Source of the DNA: Bacilli bacterium
GTDB taxonomy: Bacteria; Bacillota_I; Bacilli_A; RFN20; CAG-288
DNA: 64,000 nucleotides
NCBI GenBank assembly: GCA_022652945.1
Contig: JALCRV010000009.1
Coordinates: 15,025-79,024, forward strand
Direction: 5' to 3'
Position 1 is the first letter of the stretch. Every line of letters starts with the position of its first letter. Shown piece by piece: positions 28,337 through 38,130 of this stretch. The notes beneath the pieces were generated by a model that saw nothing but the letters and a program-made list of their open reading frames with translations, was not told the DNA's origin and searched no databases. A program made the position numbers and the translations under genes.

Positions 28337-28445
28337 TTAGATAAAATTGCCCGAGAAATCGGGCTTTTTTATTTTGCTGGGTCAATTTTGGGTCAATTTA
28401 TTTTCGACAATGACCATAATTATTTTATTATTCCATCAGCCTTCC
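28337..28445 (+). repeat. Copy B of the tRNA-Thr 3' trailer module (sub-repeats replaced by gggtcaattt x2)
   Basis: The terminator (28349-28376) and the tail caatgaccataattattttattat are shared with copy A. The ending ttccatcag is shared with copy C. Confidence 0.6.
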
Positions 28446-28558
28446 TATCTCCCCTGCTAATCAAGTGCTCACTTCTTTTCAAAAAACGAGGAAGTTAGAA
28501 AAGGACGCAAGTGTTATAATCCTATCAGCGGAAATCCAAGCCGCTAACGGATTAATTT

Positions 28559-28635
28559 GCGCCCATAGCTCAATTGGATAGAGCATGCGCCTTCGAAGCG
28601 CAGGGCTAACGGTTCGAGTCCGCTTGGGCGCACCA
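28559..28635 (+). tRNA. tRNA-Arg (anticodon UCG)
   Basis: Acceptor gcgccca/tgggcgc; D-arm gctc-aattggata-gagc; anticodon stem tgcgc/gcgca with loop ctTCGaa; T-loop ttcgagt; discriminator A and CCA; 77 nt. Its own promoter (-10 tataat) lies at 28513-28518. Confidence 0.75.
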
Positions 28636-28641
28636 ATGTTT

Positions 28642-28670
28642 AAAAAAGCCCTATTGCTAGGGCCTTTTTT
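28642..28670 (+). terminator. Rho-independent terminator after tRNA-Arg (gcccta ttgc tagggc + T6)
   Basis: Hairpin followed by a T-run. Confidence 0.6.
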
Positions 28671-28977
28671 AATACGCCTGATACATTTTTGATACAATCA
28701 AATCCTTGGATTTTTGATTAAGCAAAACGGAGAGCTCTTCTTTTTTACTGACGAATTATGAATATAAAACTGCTCAGCAAACTTTTTAGAATAATGACTT
28801 AACCAAACGACTATATTCTTTGAATCATGACCATCTTCATTCAAAAAGCCAGCACCGTTGGGAGGAGGCAGGTTGTTATGGAAATGCTTCGGAGTTTTTT
28901 TCTTCCATAGAAATAGGCTTGCTCCTGTGCTAAACTTTCCTTAATCACCAAAAAAAGATGGCGTATGGAGGCTTACT

Positions 28978-30273
28978 ATGAAAGAAGCTTTTATCGGGGG
29001 ATATCTCATCGATGGGACGAAGGAAGCCAAGACTATCAAGGCTGACATTTTAGTTGAAGATGGAAAGATAATTAAAATCGGCAAGTTCGATTTAGACGGG
29101 GTGGAAGTTATCGATTGCTTGGGTAAGTTCATCCTGCCGGGCTTAATCAATATGCACGCCCATCTTTTCGGCTCTGGCAAGCCTTCTAAGAACTTGGGGG
29201 CTAAATCCAAAAGCCAAGAGATTTTAGTTTCCTTCGTCAATTCGAAAATGGGCAGACCGGTCATCGATAAATTAGTTGCCAAACACGTGGAAACGGAGTT
29301 GCTCTCCGGAGTCACTTCCCTGCGCTCAGTCGGGGACTTCAACTGCTCCGATTTAAGAATCAGGGATAAGGTCAACCGCGGCAAACTAATCGGCCCGCAT
29401 ATGTACTGCTCCGGTGCAGCGATTACGGTGCCTTCAGGCCATGGAGACGGGACTTTTGCTCAATCGGCCTCAACCCCGGAAGGGCTGAAAGCTTTAGTGG
29501 ATCAAAGAAAAGAACAGGGCGTTGATTGGATAAAGATCTGCGTCACTGGCGGGGTGATGGACGCCAAAAGAAAAGGCGCCCCAGGTGAGGTAAAAATGTC
29601 TTTAGAGCAGACCAAAGCCGTCTGCGATGAAGCTCATAAGCTAGGCTACCGTGTCGCCTCTCATACCGAGTCGCCAGACGGGATGAGAATCGCTATTGAA
29701 GGCGGGGTCGATACTTTAGAGCATTCCGCCGATTTTTCCCTAGAAGATCAGAAAATCTTGAAAGAAAGAAACGGAGCTTTGATCCTGACCTTCTCTCCGG
29801 CCATTCCTCTTTCGATGTTGCCTCCGGAAGTGACAAAACTCAACGAAATGTGCATTTTCAATTCAAATGTCATCATGACCAATATGATCAAAGGCGGCCA
29901 GGAGGCAGAACAGGCTGGGATTAGAGTCGGCCTAGGGACTGATGCTTCCTGCCCTTTCTGCGCTCAATATGGAATGTGGAGAGAAGTCTGGTACTACGCG
30001 AAGATGATGAAGAAGACGCCGGCTGAAGCGATTCACCATGCCACGTTAGTCAACGCGGAAATCCTCGGAGTTGAAAAAATTACCGGCTCGTTAGAAGAAG
30101 GCAAAGCGGCTGATCTTTTAATTGTCGCCCATAACCCCTTAAACGATCTTAACGCTCTAAGTGAGCCTTACCTCGTCGTTAAAGACGGAACTATCTATAA
30201 AAAGAAACCGGAACACAACAAATTCATCGATGAGCAACTGAAGGCCCTTCAAGAAAAACTGCTATCGGCTTAA
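28978..30273 (+). CDS. Amidohydrolase-superfamily metal-dependent hydrolase
   Basis: PGLINMHAHL (HxH metal site) and downstream His/Asp ligands; 431 aa. Confidence 0.75.
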   Translation: MKEAFIGGYLIDGTKEAKTIKADILVEDGKIIKIGKFDLDGVEVIDCLGKFILPGLINMHAHLFGSGKPSKNLGAKSKSQEILVSFVNSKMGRPVIDKLVAKHVETELLSGVTSLRSVGDFNCSDLRIRDKVNRGKLIGPHMYCSGAAITVPSGHGDGTFAQSASTPEGLKALVDQRKEQGVDWIKICVTGGVMDAKRKGAPGEVKMSLEQTKAVCDEAHKLGYRVASHTESPDGMRIAIEGGVDTLEHSADFSLEDQKILKERNGALILTFSPAIPLSMLPPEVTKLNEMCIFNSNVIMTNMIKGGQEAEQAGIRVGLGTDASCPFCAQYGMWREVWYYAKMMKKTPAEAIHHATLVNAEILGVEKITGSLEEGKAADLLIVAHNPLNDLNALSEPYLVVKDGTIYKKKPEHNKFIDEQLKALQEKLLSA

Positions 30274-30417
30274 AGGCGGTTGGTCTTTTAAATAGCCGCT
30301 TTTTTCTCATCAGCCTCAGTAATTTATATAAAATTTTTCAGTTCTTTTCTTTCGAGCGTTTTACTATAAATCTTTTAAGGTTTAAAATTAAGGAAGAAAA
30401 TCATCAGGAGGCCTGCT

Positions 30418-31812
30418 ATGCCAGAGGATATCAAAGCGCAAAGTTCACTCAAAGCCCGTCCGAAAAGATGCGTCAAAGAGGATTGGGCCGAGCTGACCCA
30501 CGCCCAGAAGCGCAGTCTGTTGATTCGTACCTGTTCGATGCTCGGTCTGATGTTTGTCTATATCGTATTCTGTTTCTGCTACCTGCTTAATGATCAGAAG
30601 GTCACCAAGCAGAATTATTTTAACGACTCTATCTCCCCTTCCCAGCAAAAGCTGATTGCTTCTTTATCCTCTAAAGATCCGACAAGCGCTAATTACAGCG
30701 CAGGTGCTTTTTACGTTGAAGTCACCTCCGGGATTGAGATTGAATCCATCTCTGCGATTTCCCCGTCCAATTCTTCCTTCACGGAGCAGTTCAATGTCTG
30801 GTTTGATTTCAATGTCCGAGAATTCAAAAACATGGTCTATAAAAAAGTTTACGGGGATGAAGCTGATATTCGGACGGATTCCGATAACACTCATTTGGAT
30901 AGTTCCCTTTGCTACACCGATGCTTACCATCCCTCTATCGACTACAAATCTTTCCTACCCGCCAGCAATATGGATTGGAATATGAACGGCTCCGCCTCGA
31001 TCAGCGGTGCTTATCCGAAGACTTTAGTCGCCGATCAAGCTTACGATCCTCAGACCAGTTCCTATCCGAAATTCGAAGCCCCGGATGAAAATACACGTTT
31101 CTTCCAGGAGCGCAACATCATCGCCACCATCCATAATGATTTCGTCTCGCCGCGCTACCCGTTAGAATCAGTGGAGTTCGTCGCCTATATCACTCCTGGG
31201 ATGGATATTAAATATATGCGGCTGATCCCTTCGGACAAATCCCATCTTTCTTCGATTCTCACTCTCGACTCCGGTTTTTCGCCGATACACGATGAAAGCG
31301 AACAGTTCAAAAGCTGGATTTATTACTACGCCCAGGATTCTTACCGTCCTTATCTTAATTATGACCAGTTCATTACCTCGGAGCTTAAATTCACCCTCCG
31401 AGCTAACCGCGACTCGGGCTGGAACCTCTTTATGCAAGCCTTCCTGACCTTATTTGCCGTCATGATCTGGTGCTTCATCGCCTACTTCTCTTTAACCTAC
31501 GATAAAGAAGATGTCACCTCCACTTTAGGGGCAGGAATTTTCTCCGCTGTCTCTTCGATTCTTATCGGTGTTTCTTTACTCTCGGATGCGGCGGCTTTCA
31601 GTTTGGTAAACATGATCAACATTTTCGCTCTGGTCACCATCCTCGTGATGTTCTTTATCGCCATGAGCGCCAAGAAAGTTTACCAAGATAAAAACGAGCA
31701 GACCATGGTCTTCTACGACGCCTATCTGAAAATCACCTGCTACGGCTTCTTGTTCTTAGTCTTAGCTTGCTTTATGGCCTTGCCTCTAGCCTGTTTCATC
31801 TTCGGCTTATAA
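30418..31812 (+). CDS. Hypothetical integral membrane protein (N-terminal TM, ~290-aa extracytoplasmic domain, 4 C-terminal TMs)
   Basis: Hydropathy pattern only; no recognisable motif. Confidence 0.5.
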   Translation: MPEDIKAQSSLKARPKRCVKEDWAELTHAQKRSLLIRTCSMLGLMFVYIVFCFCYLLNDQKVTKQNYFNDSISPSQQKLIASLSSKDPTSANYSAGAFYVEVTSGIEIESISAISPSNSSFTEQFNVWFDFNVREFKNMVYKKVYGDEADIRTDSDNTHLDSSLCYTDAYHPSIDYKSFLPASNMDWNMNGSASISGAYPKTLVADQAYDPQTSSYPKFEAPDENTRFFQERNIIATIHNDFVSPRYPLESVEFVAYITPGMDIKYMRLIPSDKSHLSSILTLDSGFSPIHDESEQFKSWIYYYAQDSYRPYLNYDQFITSELKFTLRANRDSGWNLFMQAFLTLFAVMIWCFIAYFSLTYDKEDVTSTLGAGIFSAVSSILIGVSLLSDAAAFSLVNMINIFALVTILVMFFIAMSAKKVYQDKNEQTMVFYDAYLKITCYGFLFLVLACFMALPLACFIFGL

Positions 31813-31825
31813 AAAAGATAAATCG

Positions 31826-31858
31826 AAAAGAGGGGTTTGGATGCGTACCCCTCTTTTT
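31826..31858. terminator. Bidirectional terminator (aaaagaggggt...acccctcttttt)
   Basis: 8-bp stem between convergent genes. Confidence 0.6.
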
Positions 31859-31878
31859 CAGTATTTTGCCTAAATTAT

Positions 31879-32610
31879 TTATGCTAGCGTAAAAACCGCC
31901 ACCCGAGTCAAACGCCCTTCCTCGGGCCCAATTACCGCTTCCAAAGCATAAGGAATCTTAAAATGGTCTAAAGCGATCTTCAGATGAGAAACCAAAATTC
32001 CTAAATCGACAAAATGGAAAAAGCGCATGGTCTCATCGGGGATAGGATTGAAAGGAGCCCTTTTCCGGAAGACCTCGATTTTTTTCTGATCGGCAGAAGA
32101 GATAATCTGCCAAGGCTGAGAATTGATAGCCGACGGGGAAAGCCTCGCAGCCTGCTTAATCTCCGGGTTAAACTCACCCGCCCAGATATCATTAATATAG
32201 TTTCTGGTAAAGTCATCCGGGGATTTTCGGAAGCTTTCTTTTAAGACCTGTCCGCAATCGAGCGACATCAAAAAGACCAAGCCGTCTTTTTGCTCCAACC
32301 CTTTTTCGGCTTTCGCCATCCCGAGGAAGCAGATGCCGTACCCGGCCTGTTCCAAAGCCAAATCGGCTTCTTCCAAAAGAAAGCCAGCCTGCAGCAAACT
32401 CGCCGGTTCCCTGTCTTTCATATAAAGGTTGATTGAAACGTCGCCACGCCCTTTAGAAGGGCCTAAAACGAACTCGTGGGCGGCTTTGGGATCCAAAGGG
32501 GTCAATTCCTTTAAGATCAATTGAATTCTCTCTTGATCCTTCTCGGCTAAATGGGAGGAGAAACGACGAGCTGAATAGCGTCTAAAAATCATCGGATAAA
32601 GATCTTCCAT
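31879..32610 (-). CDS. Nitroreductase-family protein (putative)
   Basis: N-terminal FRRYSARRFS FMN-phosphate-binding-like motif; 243 aa. Confidence 0.55.
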   Translation of the reverse strand: MEDLYPMIFRRYSARRFSSHLAEKDQERIQLILKELTPLDPKAAHEFVLGPSKGRGDVSINLYMKDREPASLLQAGFLLEEADLALEQAGYGICFLGMAKAEKGLEQKDGLVFLMSLDCGQVLKESFRKSPDDFTRNYINDIWAGEFNPEIKQAARLSPSAINSQPWQIISSADQKKIEVFRKRAPFNPIPDETMRFFHFVDLGILVSHLKIALDHFKIPYALEAVIGPEEGRLTRVAVFTLA

Positions 32611-32612
32611 CC

Positions 32613-33929
32613 TCAGTTCCCTTCTTTCTTATCGCTCACCGTCTCGACGACGGCGCGTTTATTTAAGTACATCTGCGTATCGGCAGTCGAAATTAAAAGA
32701 TCCGGACCGTTGGCAAAGCCAGCCCCGAGTTTAGAATATCCGATAGCCAGCCTTAAAGAATAACCTTTGGCTTTATTCGCATCTTCGTTCTCCTTACTCA
32801 TCCGCTGCTGGACTTCGGAGATTATCTCTTCGGCCTTGTCATCCATTTCCTCGGTAAAAGCGATAGCGAATTTATCCGATTCGTAACGCGCGAGGAACAG
32901 GTTTTTCGGCGAAGAGACTTCCTTTAAGATTCCGGCGATCTGGACCAAGGCTTTATCACCTTCTTCCCGACCGAAAGTCTGATTGAATTTCTTGAAGCCA
33001 TCGACATCGATCAGAATCAGGTATACGAAAGAGTTTTCGTTATCCAATTTGCTGTACGCCTGAGAAAGATAATGAGTAAGCATGGAGTTATTGTAGACAA
33101 GGGTCAAGGAATCCTGGGAAATCTTCGAAGACTGAATTGTAATAAAAATGATGAGCAAAGAAAGCACGGTCGTGGTCCACAGAAGCGGGATATCCTGAGC
33201 GAACGGCTGAACCTGCAAAAAAGCCCCGATCAGCGGAAGGTACATAAAAGACCCGACCAAGAGAGCTTCTTTTCTTTCCCTTTTCGTCGTCGCTTTCTTG
33301 GCGCAAATTAAAGACCTGACCCAAATATAGACCAACATCGCCAAGCAGATGTAGTTGGCGCTGAAATATAAGGCATCGGTATACTGATTCCCACGGGTGA
33401 AGACATTAGCATCCGAGATAGTAAAAACCCAGTTGGTCCAGATGGACCCCACGCTCAGGACCAAGACCGCCAGCGTCGGCGCCAGATAAAGGAAAGTCCT
33501 GATCTTCAGCCCACGCGGAGTCGCTCCGAGCTTGCAATCGGCATAGCGAAGCCAGAAGAAGCAACAGACCGCTTCCAAAGAATAAAAAAGCGCAACGATA
33601 ACCCTTAAAGACCAAGTTAAAGCCGCCCCGCCAAAAGTCCTCTCTTGCAAGCAGCGGCTCACGGTTTCAATCACAATCTCGGCCGCCACGGCGAGCAGGA
33701 CATATTTAAACAAACGATCATCTAACATCGATTCGGAACGACGAAGAAAAGAAACATAGAGAACCAGGACGATAGCAAACGTAAAAGCCTCGATTTCCAA
33801 AAAGGCTGGCAAAGTCAATTCCCACTCGGTCGCAAGGATCGCTTCTGAAAGCAAAGATATCATTATTGCTCCTAACGTTTTGAGAAAAAACACGACTATG
33901 TCTAATATAAATCTTTTACCCCCTTCCAT
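32613..33929 (-). CDS. Membrane GGDEF-domain protein with degenerate active site (RYESDKF instead of RxGGDEF)
   Basis: About 8 N-terminal TM helices; C-terminal GGDEF fold (LILIDVDGFKKFNQTFGREEGDKAL...) in which the signature reads ESDKF. Confidence 0.7.
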   Translation of the reverse strand: MEGGKRFILDIVVFFLKTLGAIMISLLSEAILATEWELTLPAFLEIEAFTFAIVLVLYVSFLRRSESMLDDRLFKYVLLAVAAEIVIETVSRCLQERTFGGAALTWSLRVIVALFYSLEAVCCFFWLRYADCKLGATPRGLKIRTFLYLAPTLAVLVLSVGSIWTNWVFTISDANVFTRGNQYTDALYFSANYICLAMLVYIWVRSLICAKKATTKRERKEALLVGSFMYLPLIGAFLQVQPFAQDIPLLWTTTVLSLLIIFITIQSSKISQDSLTLVYNNSMLTHYLSQAYSKLDNENSFVYLILIDVDGFKKFNQTFGREEGDKALVQIAGILKEVSSPKNLFLARYESDKFAIAFTEEMDDKAEEIISEVQQRMSKENEDANKAKGYSLRLAIGYSKLGAGFANGPDLLISTADTQMYLNKRAVVETVSDKKEGN

Positions 33930-33980
33930 TCAACTTCAGATATTTTCTTTTTTTTGTTTTTTTAAGATCATCCGCGCACG

Positions 33981-34010
33981 AAAAAAGCCCGTTTCCGAAG
34001 AAGCGGGCTT
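33981..34010 (-). terminator. Rho-independent terminator closing the S10-spc-alpha ribosomal operon (after rplQ)
   Basis: On the minus strand: aagcccgcttcttcggaaacgggctttttt. Confidence 0.6.
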
Positions 34011-34021
34011 TATAAAGAGGC

Positions 34022-34438
34022 TTATTTCTTCTCGTCGAGGACAAAGGCGACGAGGCACATAGGCGAATTATCGCCTTTGCGGTTATCGACTTTGAGAATG
34101 CGGGTATAACCGCCGTTACGATCCTTGTAGCGAGGGCCGAGCTCGGAGAAAAGCTTCTGGAGCGCAGTCTGCTTCTCGGATTTATCGGTGTAGATATCCC
34201 TGACGATACGAGCCGCTTCTCTTCTGGCTGCTAAATCACCTTTCTTTGCATAAGTGATCAAGCGATCAGCCATCGGAGAGAGCTGATCAGCGACGTGAGC
34301 CGTGACCGTGACCTTCTCAGAAATAATCAACTGAGTAACGACATTGCGAAGCATGTTCTTGTCTTTAGCAGTGGTGTAGCCCGCCTTGAAGCGGACGCCG
34401 CCCTTGCCGTGGACGTTATTACGACCTTGAGTTCCCAT
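34022..34438 (-). CDS. rplQ: 50S ribosomal protein L17 (with ~17-aa N-terminal extension)
   Basis: C-terminal ALQKLF..LGPRY..R.GGYTRILK motif; aaggag SD upstream. Confidence 0.85.
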   Translation of the reverse strand: MGTQGRNNVHGKGGVRFKAGYTTAKDKNMLRNVVTQLIISEKVTVTAHVADQLSPMADRLITYAKKGDLAARREAARIVRDIYTDKSEKQTALQKLFSELGPRYKDRNGGYTRILKVDNRKGDNSPMCLVAFVLDEKK

Positions 34439-34455
34439 AATCTATATTGTTCTCC

Positions 34456-35409
34456 TTATTTCGCATTGCGGAAGTGGAGGCCCATCGATTCGAGCTTATC
34501 CTTAACTTCCTTCAGCGACTTCTTGCCGAGGTTGCGGACTTTCATCATCTCTTCCTCGGATTTGCTGCAGAGCTCGCTGACCGTCGAAATAGCCGCTCTC
34601 TTCAAGCAGTTATAGGAACGGACGGACAGATCGAGTTCTTCGATCGTCATATCCTCGAGCTTATTCTTGCTGGCATCCGGTTTATTGTCGAAGACTTCCA
34701 TCGACTTGGACTGATCGGCCAGATTGCCGAACGATTCCAAGTGAGCGATAAGAATCTTCGCCGCCAAGGAGACCGCTTCGTGCGGAGTCAAGGCACCGTT
34801 AGTCCAGACTTCGAGGACTAACTTATCATAATCCGTATCGTGTTCGACACGGGTCGGCTCGACCGAGAAGTTGACCTTGACGATCGGGGAGTAATTAGAG
34901 TCGGTCGGAATGGTTCCGATCGGGAAATTAGTGATGCGCTTATTGGCTTCGTTAGTGAAGTAGCCACGGCCTTTGTTAGCCTGGACAGTCATCTGCAGAT
35001 GGCCGCCTTCGGCAAGGTGAGCGATCGGGAGATCGGGGTTGATAACCTCGACATCCGAAGGGCAAACCAAGTCACCGGCAGTCACAGTTTTCGGACCGAC
35101 CTGATCCAGAGACAAGACCCTGACAGAATCCTCATCCGCCGAGTCGATCTTTAAGACCAAGCTCTTGAGATTAAGGATAATCGCAGTCACATCTTCCTCG
35201 ACACCATCCAACGAGGTGAACTCGTGGCGGGCATTTTCGATGGAGACAGCGAAGACGGAGGCACCGGGGATGGAAGAAAGCAGAACTCTTCTCATCGCAT
35301 TTCCGATCGTGATTCCGAATCCTCTTTCCAGAGGAGTCAAAGTGAATTTGCCGTAATCGGGGTTATCGGTCTGGGCTTCTTCGAAAGTCAAATTTGCAAA
35401 AGGTCTCAT
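34456..35409 (-). CDS. rpoA: DNA-directed RNA polymerase alpha subunit
   Basis: N-terminal-domain motifs (GFG.T.GN.LRR.LLS) and C-terminal domain (RSYNCLKRA). Confidence 0.9.
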   Translation of the reverse strand: MRPFANLTFEEAQTDNPDYGKFTLTPLERGFGITIGNAMRRVLLSSIPGASVFAVSIENARHEFTSLDGVEEDVTAIILNLKSLVLKIDSADEDSVRVLSLDQVGPKTVTAGDLVCPSDVEVINPDLPIAHLAEGGHLQMTVQANKGRGYFTNEANKRITNFPIGTIPTDSNYSPIVKVNFSVEPTRVEHDTDYDKLVLEVWTNGALTPHEAVSLAAKILIAHLESFGNLADQSKSMEVFDNKPDASKNKLEDMTIEELDLSVRSYNCLKRAAISTVSELCSKSEEEMMKVRNLGKKSLKEVKDKLESMGLHFRNAK

Positions 35410-35424
35410 GTTCTTTCCCTTTCT

Positions 35425-35889
35425 CTAGCCTCTAGGTCTCTTCGGAGGACGGCAGCCGTTATGCGGTACCGGCGTGACATCATCGATCGAAAGAACCTGT
35501 AAGCCAGCAGCCTGGAGGGCACGAAGAGCGGACTCACGGCCCGAGCCAGGTCCCTTGACGAGGACATCGACCTGTTTAAGGCCTCTATCCAAGCAAGCTT
35601 TCGCGACTGTCTCAGCAGCGACCTGGGCAGCGAACGGAGTGGATTTCTTCGCTCCGGTGTAGCCGATGGTGCCAGCGGAGGCCCAAGCGATCACCTTTCC
35701 GGTCGGATCAGTGATGGAAACGATAGTATTGTTGAAAGACGAATGGATGTGAGCGACACCGCGGGTGAAGTTAAGCTTGGTTTTCTTCGAACGGCCAAAT
35801 TTCTTGCCGGAAGCAGCTTTATCGCCAGCTTTCGCATCGGCGGCCGGAGCAGCTTTCGCTGCGGTCTCTTTTTTATCTTCAGTAGCCAT
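35425..35889 (-). CDS. rpsK: 30S ribosomal protein S11 (Ala/Lys-rich N-terminal extension)
   Basis: [18 protein letters not shown]; 154 aa. Confidence 0.9.
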   Translation of the reverse strand: MATEDKKETAAKAAPAADAKAGDKAASGKKFGRSKKTKLNFTRGVAHIHSSFNNTIVSITDPTGKVIAWASAGTIGYTGAKKSTPFAAQVAAETVAKACLDRGLKQVDVLVKGPGSGRESALRALQAAGLQVLSIDDVTPVPHNGCRPPKRPRG

Positions 35890-35904
35890 TGTTCGTTTAC
35901 CTCA

Positions 35905-36285
35905 TTACATGACGGCGGCTTTCTTGTTAGCCACAGTCTTTCTCGGGCCTTTGCAGGTCCTCGCATTAGTGCGCGTACGCTGTCCGCGGCAAGGAAGATT
36001 CTTCTTGTGACGCAGACCGCGATAACTGCCGATTTCTTCAAGGCGCTTAATGTTCAAGGAGACTTCCCTGCGGAGGTCGCCTTCGACTTTATAGCCGCCG
36101 GCAGTAATAGCGTTACGAATAGCAGTCAATTCCTCTTCGGTGAGATCTTTCACTCTCTTGGCGGGATCGACTTTAGCAGCGGCGACCACTTTGCGAGCGG
36201 TGGTTTCACCGATACCATGGATGTACATCAGCGAATAGACGACGACTTTATCATTAGGGATATCTACCCCAGCGATTCTTGCCAT
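35905..36285 (-). CDS. rpsM: 30S ribosomal protein S13
   Basis: [11 protein letters not shown]...IHGIG. Confidence 0.9.
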   Translation of the reverse strand: MARIAGVDIPNDKVVVYSLMYIHGIGETTARKVVAAAKVDPAKRVKDLTEEELTAIRNAITAGGYKVEGDLRREVSLNIKRLEEIGSYRGLRHKKNLPCRGQRTRTNARTCKGPRKTVANKKAAVM

Positions 36286-36307
36286 ATTTTAGCTGTTCTC
36301 CTTGTGT

Positions 36308-36421
36308 TTAGCCTTGTCTCTGCTTATGCTTCGGGTTCGAGCAAATGACGCAAACACGCCCTTTTCTCTTAACCACGCGGCATTTGTCGCAGATGGGTTT
36401 AACTGATGCTCTGACTTTCAT
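36308..36421 (-). CDS. rpmJ: 50S ribosomal protein L36 (37 aa; below the ORF-track size cutoff)
   Basis: Manual translation: [37 protein letters not shown], a zinc ribbon. Confidence 0.85.
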   Translation of the reverse strand: MKVRASVKPICDKCRVVKRKGRVCVICSNPKHKQRQG

Positions 36422-36452
36422 AAAACGATCTTTGTTCCTTTCTGAACTATGT

Positions 36453-36674
36453 TCAGTTCTTGTAACGATACGTAATACGGCCCCGTGTTAAGTCGTAAGG
36501 CGAGAGTTCCACAGTGACACGATCACCCGGTAAGATACGGATCTTATTTAAACGCATTTTACCGGAAACGGTAGCCCTGATCACTGTTCCGTTTTCAAGT
36601 CGGACGTTGAAAGTGGTCTTTGGCAAAGCATCGACCACGCTAGCTTCGACGACAATGAAATTATCTCTCGACAT
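36453..36674 (-). CDS. infA: Translation initiation factor IF-1
   Basis: 73-aa S1-like OB fold; [16 protein letters not shown]. Confidence 0.9.
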   Translation of the reverse strand: MSRDNFIVVEASVVDALPKTTFNVRLENGTVIRATVSGKMRLNKIRILPGDRVTVELSPYDLTRGRITYRYKN

Positions 36675-37455
36675 TACCTAAGTGTCCTTTCACATTCGAG
36701 TCGATCGTGGTGATATGGCCAATCCCATCCTCCATGATGACTATCGTGTTTTCGTAATGGCAGGTCAGCTTGCCATCTGCTGAGGCAACGCCCCAGCCGT
36801 CATCCAGATTTCTGATCGCATCGGTGCCCATTTGGATCATCGGTTCGACCGCGATGCACATCCCCGGACGGAGCATAGCTCCTAGCCCGTGGAACGGATC
36901 GTTGAAATTCGGAATGAACGGATCTTCATGCATCTCACGTCCGATACCATGTCCGCCATAGTCTTTGTTCGTCGCGTAACCGTATTTAGCGGCCACCTCC
37001 GAAATCGCGGACGAAAGGTCTTTGATATGGTTACCGGCTTTGGCGCGAGAGAAGGCGAGATAGAAGCACTCCTCAGTGCACTGTATGAGACGACTTGCTT
37101 CCGGGGAAATTGCCCCGACCGCATAAGTGCGGGCGGCATCGCCTTGGAAGCCATTGAGAATATCACCCATATCGATTGACAGGATGTCTCCCTCTTTAAG
37201 CACGATCTTAGAAGAAGGGATCCCGTGAATCAGGACATCGTTGACCGAAGCGCAGATCGAGCTGTGATATCCTTCGACTTCTTTGAATGAGGGTTTGGCC
37301 CCGTGAGCGCGGAGATACTTTTCCACCAGCCTATCCAGTTCCAAGGTCGTGACTCCCGGAACAATAAACGGCTTGATGTAGTCGAACGTCTGCCCTAACA
37401 GGGCTCCTGCTTCGACCATCTTCTGGACTTCTGAATCAGATTTAATGATAATCAC
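36661..37455 (-). CDS. map: Methionine aminopeptidase type I
   Basis: Metal ligands D..D..H..E..E present. The start is set at a GTG ([10 protein letters not shown]) just after the adk stop; the ATG-initiated ORF would overlap adk by about 70 nt. Confidence 0.8.
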   Translation of the reverse strand: MIIIKSDSEVQKMVEAGALLGQTFDYIKPFIVPGVTTLELDRLVEKYLRAHGAKPSFKEVEGYHSSICASVNDVLIHGIPSSKIVLKEGDILSIDMGDILNGFQGDAARTYAVGAISPEASRLIQCTEECFYLAFSRAKAGNHIKDLSSAISEVAAKYGYATNKDYGGHGIGREMHEDPFIPNFNDPFHGLGAMLRPGMCIAVEPMIQMGTDAIRNLDDGWGVASADGKLTCHYENTIVIMEDGIGHITTIDSNVKGHLGNVER

Positions 37456-37462
37456 TTCCGAA

Positions 37463-38128
37463 TCAGCTTCTTTCCAGAATCTTTCTGATATCTCCGAAGA
37501 CGGCATCGATATCCTGAAGCCCGTCGACTTCACCTAAGATTCCCTGCTTCTTATAAAAATCAATCAGGGGCGCGGTGGATTTCTGATAGGCATCAAGCCT
37601 GGTAGCGAACGACTCTCTAGTATCATCCTTGCGCTGCACGAGCTTCCCTCCGCAGTTATCGCAAATTCCCTCGACTTTGGGTTTCTTCGATAAGAGGTTG
37701 TAGCTAGCTCCGCAGGTCGGACAGACACGGCGGGAGACGATACGCTCAATAAGGATGGACGGTTCAGCCTTCAAGCAGATAACCGCTTGGACCGGACGTC
37801 CGATTTCCTTCGTGAGTTCTCTTAAGGCTTCAGCCTGAGGAATCGTGCGCGGGAAACCATCTAAGAGATATCCTTGAGCACAATCCGGCTTGGAGAGCCT
37901 TTCCTTCACGAGGGCGATAACGACATCATCGGGGACCAGAAGTCCCGCGTTGGTGTAAGACGCGGCTTTAAGACCGACCGGAGTTTTCTCCGCGATCGCT
38001 TCACGGAACATATCGCCCGTGGAGATGTGGAGAATCCCGTATTCCTTGACCAGGAGCTCCGATTGCGTGCCTTTGCCCGCACCCGGAGGACCCATCAAGA
38101 CAATATTCAATTTAGCATTCTGTTTCAT
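37463..38128 (-). CDS. adk: Adenylate kinase (zinc-lid type)
   Basis: GPPGAGKGTQ P-loop; CPTCG...CDNCGG lid. Confidence 0.9.
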   Translation of the reverse strand: MKQNAKLNIVLMGPPGAGKGTQSELLVKEYGILHISTGDMFREAIAEKTPVGLKAASYTNAGLLVPDDVVIALVKERLSKPDCAQGYLLDGFPRTIPQAEALRELTKEIGRPVQAVICLKAEPSILIERIVSRRVCPTCGASYNLLSKKPKVEGICDNCGGKLVQRKDDTRESFATRLDAYQKSTAPLIDFYKKQGILGEVDGLQDIDAVFGDIRKILERS

Positions 38129-38130
38129 TT

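Noticed and set aside
10028-28445. The two plus-strand tRNA-Thr genes with identical downstream sequence could be direct-repeat att sites flanking an ~18-kb integrated element.
   Set aside because: The interval encodes core housekeeping genes in Bacillus-like synteny (coaD-rsmD-ylbF, def, rnj, maf, nadK, spx, deoD, cdaA). It holds no integrase, recombinase, transposase or phage genes. A third copy of the module lies on the opposite strand at 54 kb. The repeat is better explained as a tRNA-Thr-associated module than as island boundaries.
28693-28720. A tandem 'tgataca' duplication (ctgatacatttttgatacaatc), considered as a promoter or operator for the amidohydrolase gene.
   Set aside because: The hexamer spacing does not give a convincing -35/-10 pair. 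It is mentioned only as a possible weak promoter, with no further support.
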